DNA of 19,141 nt from Candidatus Thermosaccharophagus tengchongensis (GTDB taxonomy: Bacteria; Armatimonadota; Fervidibacteria; Fervidibacterales; Thermosaccharophagaceae): the NCBI GenBank assembly GCA_032161105.1, contig JAVHTD010000034.1; one strand, 5' to 3'. Below are positions 1 to 7,771 of the stretch, piece by piece. Position numbers and translations under genes: made by a program. Below the pieces are notes generated by a model. The model was not told the origin of the DNA. It searched no databases and was given only the letters and a program-made list of their open reading frames with translations. How positions within the stretch are numbered: position 1 is the stretch's first letter; every line of letters starts with the position of its first letter.

Positions 1-1
1 T

Positions 2-388
2 GTCTTTTTCACCGACCCGACCGAGAGCTTTGTCGGCTTTAAAGCCTTCGTTGAGAGAGGCTTGAAATGCCTGAAGGGTGCAGGTTGCAGCGGTTACTTC
101 GGGCTTACGCATGTTGAATCGTCGCTGAAAAAGTGGCGCAACATACAGAGCTTTCTCATTGAGCGCGGCGCCGTCATAACCGACATAATTGACATGTTCA
201 ACCACTATGTCAACTGGGGCTACATTGAGAGCATGCGTTCTTGGGAATGGCTACCTGTAAAGGTTCTTCCGAAAGGGGTTTGGTATAAGTCGGCACTTTA
301 TAGGATTGAGTGGCTTGAGCCAGTTGAATTGGTGATGGAGCGGTATGAGGGCAACATCTTTGAGGATGAGGAGGCTGCTACTACATGA
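2..388 (+). CDS. bpsA: Branched-chain polyamine synthase (N4-bis(aminopropyl)spermidine synthase, DUF43 family), 3' part; 5' end lies outside the window
   Basis: The frame is open from position 2: VFFTDPTESFVGFKAFVERGLKCLKGAGCSGYFGLTHVESSLKKWRNIQ...ITDIIDMFNHYVNWGYIE...WYKSALYRIE...DEEAATT. The TDP, GYFG(L/I)T..ESS..KW..IQ, NxYVNWGY and WYKS motifs and the D-E-E-x-x-T-T end match Thermococcus-type BpsA as I recall it. It sits in a polyamine operon. Confidence 0.9.
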   Translation, partial: VFFTDPTESFVGFKAFVERGLKCLKGAGCSGYFGLTHVESSLKKWRNIQSFLIERGAVITDIIDMFNHYVNWGYIESMRSWEWLPVKVLPKGVWYKSALYRIEWLEPVELVMERYEGNIFEDEEAATT

Positions 389-858
389 GCCATTGTGCGT
401 TTGAACCGGTGAAGACAATTTACTTGGTCAGCGGTGCAGCGGAGGGTTGCACACCGCTAAACGCGTTTGACAATGCATTGATTGAAGCCGGCATAGGTGA
501 CCTTAACCTGATCAAGGTGAGCAGCATAGTTCCAAAGGGTGCTCGCCTGATCGAGGGCAAGCCCAACATACCGAAGGGAACAATAGTTCCGTGTGTGTAT
601 GTTGCTAAGGTGGGAACTGTTTCGGGGATGCAGCTTGCGGTTGGTCTTGGTATCGCAGTTGATGAGGATGGATTTGGGGTGATCATGGAAGCCGAGGGGG
701 AGGATGGAAAAGAGCTCAGGTCGCAAATCATGATGATGCTTGAGGAGGCATTTGAGGTGCGCGGGTTAAAGATCAACGATATGCGCATGGTCGTCTCCGA
801 GCACAAGGTTTGCAATACCGGTTGTGCTGTTGCTGCAGCCGTCTTTTGGAGGGAATAG
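385..858 (+). CDS. pdaD: Pyruvoyl-dependent arginine decarboxylase proenzyme
   Basis: G.AEG.TPLNAFDNALIEAGIGDLNLIKVSSIVP carries the Ser-Ser self-cleavage site, and the C-terminus reads GCAVAAAV. ATGA overlap with bpsA, with GAGGAGG SD upstream. Confidence 0.92.
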   Translation: MSHCAFEPVKTIYLVSGAAEGCTPLNAFDNALIEAGIGDLNLIKVSSIVPKGARLIEGKPNIPKGTIVPCVYVAKVGTVSGMQLAVGLGIAVDEDGFGVIMEAEGEDGKELRSQIMMMLEEAFEVRGLKINDMRMVVSEHKVCNTGCAVAAAVFWRE

Positions 859-948
859 TTTTTGCCGCATTGCCCTGCGGTGCTCAATGAGCAGTCTTTA
901 CCGTGATGGATCATGAAAGAGTGTCATCCGATGAAGGAGGTGATGGAG

Positions 949-1407
949 ATGGCGATGAAGGTCGCCGAAGTTCGCCGCACAAATAAGTTGCAGTTAAAGG
1001 AGCAAGTAAGGGACAAAGCAACGGAGCTCAAAGTGAGCCACTCCGAAGCCCCTCCGGATGGCAGGCCGGTTGGAAGGCAGCTCATCATGGAGTGTTGGGA
1101 ATGTAACGAGAGGATCTTTTCCCGAGAGGAAGTTGAGCGTGCTCTCCTTGAGGCAGTCAGGAGGGCAAATGCCAACTTGCTCGCAACGCATGTTCACGAG
1201 TTTCAGCCACAGGGTGTCAGTGCCGTTGCTGTGATTGCTGAGTCTCACATCTTCATCCACACATGGCCCGAGATGGGCTTCATAGCGTTTGATGCATTCA
1301 CATGCGGTGAGAAGGCGATACCAGAGGAAGCCGCAAAGGTTGTGAAGGAGATCTTTGAGCCGCGCCGAATCAAAATCTACGAGTTGCAGCGAGGTCGTTG
1401 GCCTTGA
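949..1407 (+). CDS. speH: S-adenosylmethionine decarboxylase proenzyme (class 1b, SpeH/SpeD)
   Basis: HEFQPQGVSAVAVIAESHIFIHTWPE..F.AFDAFTCG contains the ESH cleavage motif, and the protein ends ...RG. The start at 949 was chosen from AAGGAGGTGA at 934-943; the ORF track starts at 913. Confidence 0.9.
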   Translation: MAMKVAEVRRTNKLQLKEQVRDKATELKVSHSEAPPDGRPVGRQLIMECWECNERIFSREEVERALLEAVRRANANLLATHVHEFQPQGVSAVAVIAESHIFIHTWPEMGFIAFDAFTCGEKAIPEEAAKVVKEIFEPRRIKIYELQRGRWP

Positions 1408-2267
1408 CTCACATTGAGGATGAGTTCTTCACCGAAGAGCAAACTGATAATGTGCGCTTCTCGCTGCGCGTGAAGAGATGGCTCAGCCGCAGGATGACCA
1501 AATACCAGTTGCTTGAGATCGCTGAGACTTACGAGGTTGGAAAGCTGCTTGCGCTTGATGGGAAGGTCATGCTCACCGTGAGTGACGAACGATTCTATCA
1601 CGAGATGCTCGTTCATCCGCCAATGGTAATCCATGCGTGCCCGCGGAGTGTCCTTGTTATTGGTGGCGGTGATGGCGGGACATTGCGCGAAGTCTTGAGG
1701 CATCCCACTGTTGAGAGGGTCACCATAGTTGAGTTGGATGCCGAAGTGATTGAAGAATGCAGGCGATGGCTCCCGGAAATTTCACAAGGTGCATTTGAGG
1801 ATGAGAGGACAAACATCGTCATTGGCAGGGGAGAAGAGTTCGTTGAGCGGTGTGCCGGTGAGTTTGACATCATTATCGTTGATTCAACCGACCCTGTGGG
1901 GCATGCCGAACCGCTATTCAGTGAGCCATTTTACCGTGCCTGCAAAAAAGCATTAAAGGACGGCGGCATCCTTTGCACTCACTGTGGCACACCGTTCTAT
2001 TTCAAGGACAAGGTTAACGAAATCATCGGGCGCTTAAGGGCGGTCTTCAAGAATGTGCGCTTATACACCGGCTTTGTGCCAACCTATCCGAGCGGGCTGT
2101 GGGCATATTGCATTTCGTCGGATGGGAGTTTGGACTTGTGCTTGAAGGATTTGGAAAGGGTTTGCGAAGCGAGGGGGTTATCAGGTTGCTCCTACTACAC
2201 CCCGAAGGTGCACGAGGCTGCATTTGTGCTGCCGGCATTCATAGAGGCTTTGATTCAGGGCGGTTAA
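1398..2267 (+). CDS. speE: Polyamine aminopropyltransferase (spermidine synthase family)
   Basis: Motifs LDG..MLT..DE.FYHEMLVHP, VLVIGGGDGGTLRE, DIIIVDSTDPVG.A..LF, PTYPSG.W and YYTP.VH.AAFVLP. TTG start overlaps the speH end by 10 bp. Confidence 0.95.
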   Translation: MALTHIEDEFFTEEQTDNVRFSLRVKRWLSRRMTKYQLLEIAETYEVGKLLALDGKVMLTVSDERFYHEMLVHPPMVIHACPRSVLVIGGGDGGTLREVLRHPTVERVTIVELDAEVIEECRRWLPEISQGAFEDERTNIVIGRGEEFVERCAGEFDIIIVDSTDPVGHAEPLFSEPFYRACKKALKDGGILCTHCGTPFYFKDKVNEIIGRLRAVFKNVRLYTGFVPTYPSGLWAYCISSDGSLDLCLKDLERVCEARGLSGCSYYTPKVHEAAFVLPAFIEALIQGG

Positions 2268-2370
2268 GCTGTTGGCCACATCACCGTTGATATTGGCTTT
2301 CTCTCCCAGATGCCATCGGGAAGGGCAGCAACCATGTGCTAAGGGCGCGCGGCATGGCAGGACAACGCGA

Positions 2371-2376
2371 TATAAT
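2371..2376 (+). promoter_or_regulatory. Putative -10 element for rpsF-ssb-rpsR
   Basis: Perfect TATAAT 42 nt upstream of the rpsF ATG, embedded in a short inverted repeat GCGAT-ata-ATCGC (2367-2379). No recognisable -35. Confidence 0.45.
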
Positions 2377-2418
2377 CGCAGGATAGACATTCGGCAACTT
2401 GCGAAGGGGGCATGAAGC

Positions 2419-2991
2419 ATGGACGAACAAAAGCCTTTTGAAGCGGGGGAAATTGAAGAGCATGAATTGCGCGACTACGAGGAAGCTGGTGAAGAGGAGT
2501 ATCATGAAGTGAGAGCTGACGAATCAATTCAGGCTGAATCTGAAGGGCAGCAGGATGTGGAGGTTTCATACCAGAGGGGGCGCTCTGCGGTAGCCGAGCG
2601 CCAAAGGGCGCAAAGGGTGAGGAAGCGAGCGAGGAGAAAAATCCGTCAAGTGGTTCAGATCACGGAGGAAGAAATTCAAAAAGAGCGCCTTCGCTCCTAT
2701 GAGTTGCTGTTCCTTGTGGATGCCGCAATTGACCGTGAAGAGATAGATCGCACAGCTGCTGCCATAGTTCAGAGGATTGAGCAGGGTGGTGGACATGCTG
2801 AGAATGTGCGTGTCTCAGAGGCACGCCGGCTTGAATATCCGATTAAGAGACGCACACACGGGATTTATGTGCTCATAAATTTCAAGGCGCCGCCGAGCGT
2901 GGCAAGGGAATTAGGGACTATGCTGCGCTTCAACGAGAATGTGTTGCGTCATTTGCTCATCTTAACAAAGCACAAGACAGAACCCGAGTAG
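2419..2991 (+). CDS. rpsF: 30S ribosomal protein S6 with ~90-aa N-terminal extension
   Basis: The C-terminal half RSYELLFLVD...RRLEYPIKRRTHGIYVLINF.APP....EL..MLRFNENVLRHLLI is an S6 core. Canonical rpsF-ssb-rpsR order. SD-like AAGGGGG precedes ATG 2419. Confidence 0.9.
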   Translation: MDEQKPFEAGEIEEHELRDYEEAGEEEYHEVRADESIQAESEGQQDVEVSYQRGRSAVAERQRAQRVRKRARRKIRQVVQITEEEIQKERLRSYELLFLVDAAIDREEIDRTAAAIVQRIEQGGGHAENVRVSEARRLEYPIKRRTHGIYVLINFKAPPSVARELGTMLRFNENVLRHLLILTKHKTEPE

Positions 2992-3106
2992 GAGCTAATT
3001 AATCGCCCTTGACGGGGGTGAAGGCGTCATCAGATTGAGTGATAATCAGATTGGTGAGCAGTTCTGAGGGCGGCTTCTGGAAACTACTCGCATGAGGTGA
3101 AATGGA

Positions 3107-3604
3107 GTGGTTAATCAAGTTGTGATTGTCGGCAGGCTCACGAGGGATCCTCAATTGCGATATACAAGGGCTGGTGTGCCTGTCACATCGTTTGTAATAG
3201 CAGTTGACCGCTATAGGCGCAACGCGGTTGGAGAGCGAACCACCGATTTCATACCTTGCGTGGCATTTGATCAGCAGGCTGAATTCGTGGGGCAGTTTGG
3301 GCGGAAGGGGGCATTGGTCAGCGTTGAAGGCAGCTTGCAAACGAGGCGCAGGGTTATGCCAGATGGTCAGCAGCGTTGGATTGTTGAAGTTCGCGTTCGG
3401 CGAGTGCAGCTGCTTGAGCGCCGTCGTCCTGCAGCCTCAGAAGCTATGCCGCCTGTGGAAGCACCATCAACTAAAGCCGTGCCGCAGGTTGAAGATGAGC
3501 TTGCAGCGCCAATTGAGGATGAGTTCCCTATGGAGCTTGCCGATTTGGAAGAGCCAATAGAGGATTTTGACCTCGGCGAGGGTGAAGAGCAACTCCCAAT
3601 TTGA
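3107..3604 (+). CDS. ssb: Single-stranded DNA-binding protein
   Basis: NQVVIVGRLTRDPQLRYT..G..V..F.IAV.R...TDFIPCVAF...AE......KG.LVSVEGSLQTR is the OB-fold, followed by an acidic tail. GTG start with GAGGTGA SD. Confidence 0.96.
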   Translation: MVNQVVIVGRLTRDPQLRYTRAGVPVTSFVIAVDRYRRNAVGERTTDFIPCVAFDQQAEFVGQFGRKGALVSVEGSLQTRRRVMPDGQQRWIVEVRVRRVQLLERRRPAASEAMPPVEAPSTKAVPQVEDELAAPIEDEFPMELADLEEPIEDFDLGEGEEQLPI

Positions 3605-3677
3605 GGGCTAATTGAGTTCGCCCTCATCACGCCGAATGTTAACCGCATTGGATTGCACAACGGAGGTGCAAGTTATT

Positions 3678-3893
3678 ATGGCTCGCAAGAAGAAGCGTCC
3701 CTGTCCATGGTGCATGGAGAAAGTCAGCTACATTGACTACAAGAATGTGGCGCGCCTTCGCCGATTCATTTCCGAGAAGGGAAAGATACTTCCGAGGCGG
3801 CAAACTGGCGTTTGCGCAAGGCATCAGAGGCAACTTGCCGTTGCGATCAAGCGCGCAAGATACATGGCGCTGTTGCCGTATGTGGTCTATTGA
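3678..3893 (+). CDS. rpsR: 30S ribosomal protein S18 (zinc-binding C+ form)
   Basis: [12 protein letters not shown]...[59 protein letters not shown] at 3662-3668 places the start at ATG 3678. CxxC plus CxxH ligands are retained. Confidence 0.97.
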   Translation: MARKKKRPCPWCMEKVSYIDYKNVARLRRFISEKGKILPRRQTGVCARHQRQLAVAIKRARYMALLPYVVY

Positions 3894-3990
3894 GTGCCTC
3901 ATTCCCATCCCTTACCCGAAGCTGCCTCAGAGTGGCAAGGTCTCTTGCCAACCCCACTGGCAAGGCATTGCGATGCGGGGTTGATCAAAA

Positions 3991-6900
3991 GTGCGCGGTC
4001 TGCTTGAGCGCATATTGAGCCACCGTGAATTTGAGCGCCTATTGGCGGAGCTTAACGGCGGCGCAAAGTGGTTAGCAGTTGACGGGGTGAGGGTTTGCGG
4101 GTGGAGCGTTGTGGTTGCAGCAATCGGATTGAGGCTCAAGCGAACTTTGCTCGTCATCGCACCAACACAACAGCATGCTGATAGGCTCTACGAAGATGTG
4201 AGGGTGCTTTGGGCAGGGGCTGATGAGGCAGTTGAGCTGCATCCGAGGCTTTACCGTTTTCCGAGCTTGGGTGATAGCATCATCGGGAGAGACCCAGATG
4301 AAGTTTCATCGCGTGAACGGCTTGCATGCTTACTCGCCATCGCGGGGCGCTCGGACTGCGTTGTCATTGCACCGGTTGAGGCGCTCATCCATCCGACTGC
4401 ATCAAGGGAGGCGATCAGAAAATGCAGCATCAAATTGCGGCGCGGCAGCCGCATGCCGATGGATGCGCTCATTGATGGGCTTCAAAGCGGCGGTTATAGG
4501 CATGCTGCCGAAGTCCAAATCGTTGGCGAGTTTAGCAAGCGCGGTGGCATCGTTGATGTCTTCACACCATCGCATGAACTCCCATTGCGGATTGAATTCT
4601 TCGGGGACGATGTTGAATCAATCAGGGAGTTTGACCCGCAAACGCAGCGTTCCATTCGCCAGATTGAGGAGGCGACTATAGCTCCGGCGCAGGAATTGCC
4701 ACTGCCACAGGATAGAAGCGCAGTTGCTTCAGCCATCATTGAGTCAGCCGAAAAGCAGGCACATATGTTGCGCCTATCCGGGAAAGGTGAGATTGCAAGG
4801 GCTTTGGTTGAGCAAGCCAAATTGGATGCCGAGAGGGTGATGCGCGGCAGCTCTTTTGAGGGTGCGAGTTGGTATTCGCTCTTTTCAAGCGCGCCGCTGC
4901 AGTATCTCACTGATCACCTCCCGGATGGGTCAATCATACTCTGGCTTGAACCTCACGATTGTATGGTCAACTGTGAGCAAACGCTCGCACGCTTGAACGA
5001 TGTGCTTAACGACCTTGCGAGCACTGGCGATGTCCTGCTTCCACCTCAAAGCCCATGGATTGACTTCGACGAGCTTTTGAGAAGGTGCAAGCACTTCCCA
5101 AACATGCTCTGTTCAATAGCTCACGAGTTTGGCGCGGCGAAGTTGAGCGGGCTTACTATCCCGATGCGTGATGGCGAAGTTAACATGCCGTTAATGCGTT
5201 TCTCCATTCCCATACACCATGTTGAATCCTTCTCCGGTCGGTTGAGGGCGCTCATTGGAAGGCTGTTGGAATGGCTTGATGGCGGCTTTTCCGTAACCAT
5301 CGTCTCAAAGCACTGTGAGCGCATCAGGGAGATGATTGAGGAGTTTTCATCCGACTGCCGGAGGGAGATACCGCTTGCGAGGTTGAGCCCCTATGAGGCG
5401 CCCCGAAGCGGTGTCGTGAGCCTCATCAAAGGGAGCTTGTCATACGGCTTTATCTTTCAAGGGACATCACTTGTTGTGCTCACCGATTCCGAACTGTTCG
5501 GCTACCCGCCGGTGAGGAGAGCCAAGAGACGATTCAAATACACCGCACCGATAGCTTCACCGAACGAGCTCAAATCCGGAGACTATGTCGTGCACATACA
5601 GCATGGCATAGGGATTTTCAGGGGCGTGGTCAGGCAGAAGATATTGGGTTCGGAAGGGGATTACCTGCTCATTGAGTATGCTGGTGGCAGCTTGCTTTAT
5701 GTGCCTGTGTCTCAGATTGACAGGGTGCAAAGGTATGTTGGTGCTGATGGTGGTGAGCCGGCACTAAGCTCTCTCACGGGCACAAGATGGGTAAGGCTGA
5801 GGCAGAGGGCGAAGCGCGGTGCTGACGAACTTGCAAGGGAGCTAATTGAGCTGAAGGCAATGAGGGAAGCCGGTGATGGGTTCGCATTCAGCGATGACTC
5901 GCCATGGCAGATTGAGATGGAAAGCGCCTTCCCATATGAGGAGACGGAAGACCAGCTGAGGGCGATTGAAGAAGTTAAGCGCGATATGATGTCGCCAAAG
6001 CCCATGGATAGGCTCATATGCGGCGATGTTGGTTTCGGGAAAACCGAAGTGGCTATAAGAGCGGCATTCAAAGCGGTTCAAGATGGGAAGCAAGTGGCGA
6101 TGCTTGTTCCGACGACTGTGCTCGCACAGCAGCACTTCAACACATTCAAGCAAAGGTTGGCACCGTATCCGGTTAACATCGCGATGTTGAGCCGCTTCCT
6201 GCCGCAGCATGAGCAAAGGAAAGTGATTGAGGGGCTTCGCATTGGCTCTGTTGACATTGTTATCGGGACACATCGCCTGCTATCGGATGATGTCAAATTC
6301 CGCGATCTCGGATTGCTGATCATTGACGAGGAACAGCGCTTCGGGGTTCGCCAGAAGGAGAAGTTGAAAAGGCTCAACCCGACCGTTGACATACTCGTGC
6401 TCTCCGCCACGCCAATTCCAAGGACACTTCACATTGCCCTGAGCGGTCTCACGGACATAAGCACGATAAACAGTCCACCAATTGGAAGGAGACCAGTCCG
6501 CACATTCCTGATGCAATATGACGAAGATGTCATAAGGCAGGCCATACTCAGGGAGCTTGAGAGGGGTGGGCAAGTCTATTATGTCTACAATCGCGTGGAT
6601 GGCATCAATCATGTTGCGGAGAAAGTTAAAAGGCTCGTGCCGCAGGCACGCGTTGCAGTGGCTCATGGGCAGCTCCCCGAAGAGCGCTTGGAGAGGGTCA
6701 TGATGGATTTTTATCAGCGCAAGTATGATGTGCTCGTTTGCACGACGATCATTGAGAACGGTTTGGATGTGCCAAACGCGAACACGCTTATAGTGGAAGG
6801 CTGTGAGCGTTTCGGGTTGGCACAGCTTTATCAGCTTCGCGGCAGGGTTGGGCGTTCCGACAGGCAGGCGTATGCTTACCTCTTCCACGAGCACCCGAGG

Positions 6901-7608
6901 CGCTTGAGCGAAGCCGCAAGAAAGCGTTTGGAAGCCCTGCGCGAGTTTACCGACTTGGGCTCAGGGTTGCGCTTGGCATTGAGAGACCTTGAGATAAGGG
7001 GCGCTGGCAATTTGCTTGGTCCTGAGCAACACGGCTTCATCAACGATGTCGGCTTTGACCTTTACATGCAAATGCTATCGGAGGCGATAAAGCGTCTCAA
7101 AGGTGAGCCGTTGCCAGAGCGCCCAAAGCTGCCCGAAGCTGACTTGCCAATACGAGCCTTCATACCGGAAAGCTATATTGCCGATGAGATGCAGCGCTTA
7201 AGCATCTACAGGAAGATGGCTGGTGTGCAGACCATTGAGGATGTGAACGCAATTGAGGCAGAGCTTGCCGACCGCTTCGGACGCATACCGATGGAAGTCC
7301 ACAACTTGCTCTCCGTCCTGCGAATCCGAATAAAGGCAAGGAGGGCACATGTGGCTTACATCACGCACGATGGAAGGGATGTGATCGTGAAGTTTTATGG
7401 GGTTAGGAGGCTATCGGATGTTTCGCTTGCGAGAATATACGCAGCAATGCGAAAGCAGTTCTCAGTGGCGACGCTCAATTCGGTCAAATTCCATCACGAT
7501 CAATTCACCGTTGAGTATGGCATGCTGACTGAGCAAACCATGCTCAAGCTGATTGAGAGTTTGCTTGACGCGCTTGCCGAGCATCCTCCAACGCCGCCTC
7601 AGGCGTAG
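3991..7608 (+). CDS. mfd: Transcription-repair coupling factor Mfd
   Basis: UvrB-like N-terminus (GEFSKRGGIVDVF...P.RIEFFGDDVESIREFD..TQRS), RID (GDYVVH..HGIG), DRLICGDVGFGKTEVA, DEEQRFGV, SATPIPRTL, QLRGRVGRS, DLEIRGAGNLLG and a C-terminal TRCF domain. Confidence 0.98.
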   Translation: MRGLLERILSHREFERLLAELNGGAKWLAVDGVRVCGWSVVVAAIGLRLKRTLLVIAPTQQHADRLYEDVRVLWAGADEAVELHPRLYRFPSLGDSIIGRDPDEVSSRERLACLLAIAGRSDCVVIAPVEALIHPTASREAIRKCSIKLRRGSRMPMDALIDGLQSGGYRHAAEVQIVGEFSKRGGIVDVFTPSHELPLRIEFFGDDVESIREFDPQTQRSIRQIEEATIAPAQELPLPQDRSAVASAIIESAEKQAHMLRLSGKGEIARALVEQAKLDAERVMRGSSFEGASWYSLFSSAPLQYLTDHLPDGSIILWLEPHDCMVNCEQTLARLNDVLNDLASTGDVLLPPQSPWIDFDELLRRCKHFPNMLCSIAHEFGAAKLSGLTIPMRDGEVNMPLMRFSIPIHHVESFSGRLRALIGRLLEWLDGGFSVTIVSKHCERIREMIEEFSSDCRREIPLARLSPYEAPRSGVVSLIKGSLSYGFIFQGTSLVVLTDSELFGYPPVRRAKRRFKYTAPIASPNELKSGDYVVHIQHGIGIFRGVVRQKILGSEGDYLLIEYAGGSLLYVPVSQIDRVQRYVGADGGEPALSSLTGTRWVRLRQRAKRGADELARELIELKAMREAGDGFAFSDDSPWQIEMESAFPYEETEDQLRAIEEVKRDMMSPKPMDRLICGDVGFGKTEVAIRAAFKAVQDGKQVAMLVPTTVLAQQHFNTFKQRLAPYPVNIAMLSRFLPQHEQRKVIEGLRIGSVDIVIGTHRLLSDDVKFRDLGLLIIDEEQRFGVRQKEKLKRLNPTVDILVLSATPIPRTLHIALSGLTDISTINSPPIGRRPVRTFLMQYDEDVIRQAILRELERGGQVYYVYNRVDGINHVAEKVKRLVPQARVAVAHGQLPEERLERVMMDFYQRKYDVLVCTTIIENGLDVPNANTLIVEGCERFGLAQLYQLRGRVGRSDRQAYAYLFHEHPRRLSEAARKRLEALREFTDLGSGLRLALRDLEIRGAGNLLGPEQHGFINDVGFDLYMQMLSEAIKRLKGEPLPERPKLPEADLPIRAFIPESYIADEMQRLSIYRKMAGVQTIEDVNAIEAELADRFGRIPMEVHNLLSVLRIRIKARRAHVAYITHDGRDVIVKFYGVRRLSDVSLARIYAAMRKQFSVATLNSVKFHHDQFTVEYGMLTEQTMLKLIESLLDALAEHPPTPPQA

Positions 7609-7737
7609 TTTACTTTGCGCTTTCAGGAGGCTCCAATTTGCCCCTCCCCAAAACCCCGCAAGCGGAATTGCTCAGACGAATGCAGGATTGCCTCTTCGCC
7701 CGCCAGTGAAGTTTGGGTGAGCATCATCCTCGGCGTC

Positions 7738-7765
7738 TTTACAATTGCTCAGAGCGAGCTATACT
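7738..7765 (+). promoter_or_regulatory. Putative sigma70 promoter of the cold-shock gene
   Basis: TTTACA (7738-7743), 16-bp spacer, TATACT (7760-7765). This implies a ~128-nt 5' UTR, and long leaders are typical of csp genes. Confidence 0.65.
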
Positions 7766-7771
7766 GTAAGC

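Noticed and set aside
3612..3677. Extended N-terminus of S18
   Set aside because: The strong SD GGAGGTG at 3662-3668 points to ATG 3678, which gives a normal-length S18.
4223..6894. Multiple 60-204 aa alternative-frame and antisense ORFs within mfd
   Set aside because: They are fully nested in a conserved gene, with no RBS or motif support.
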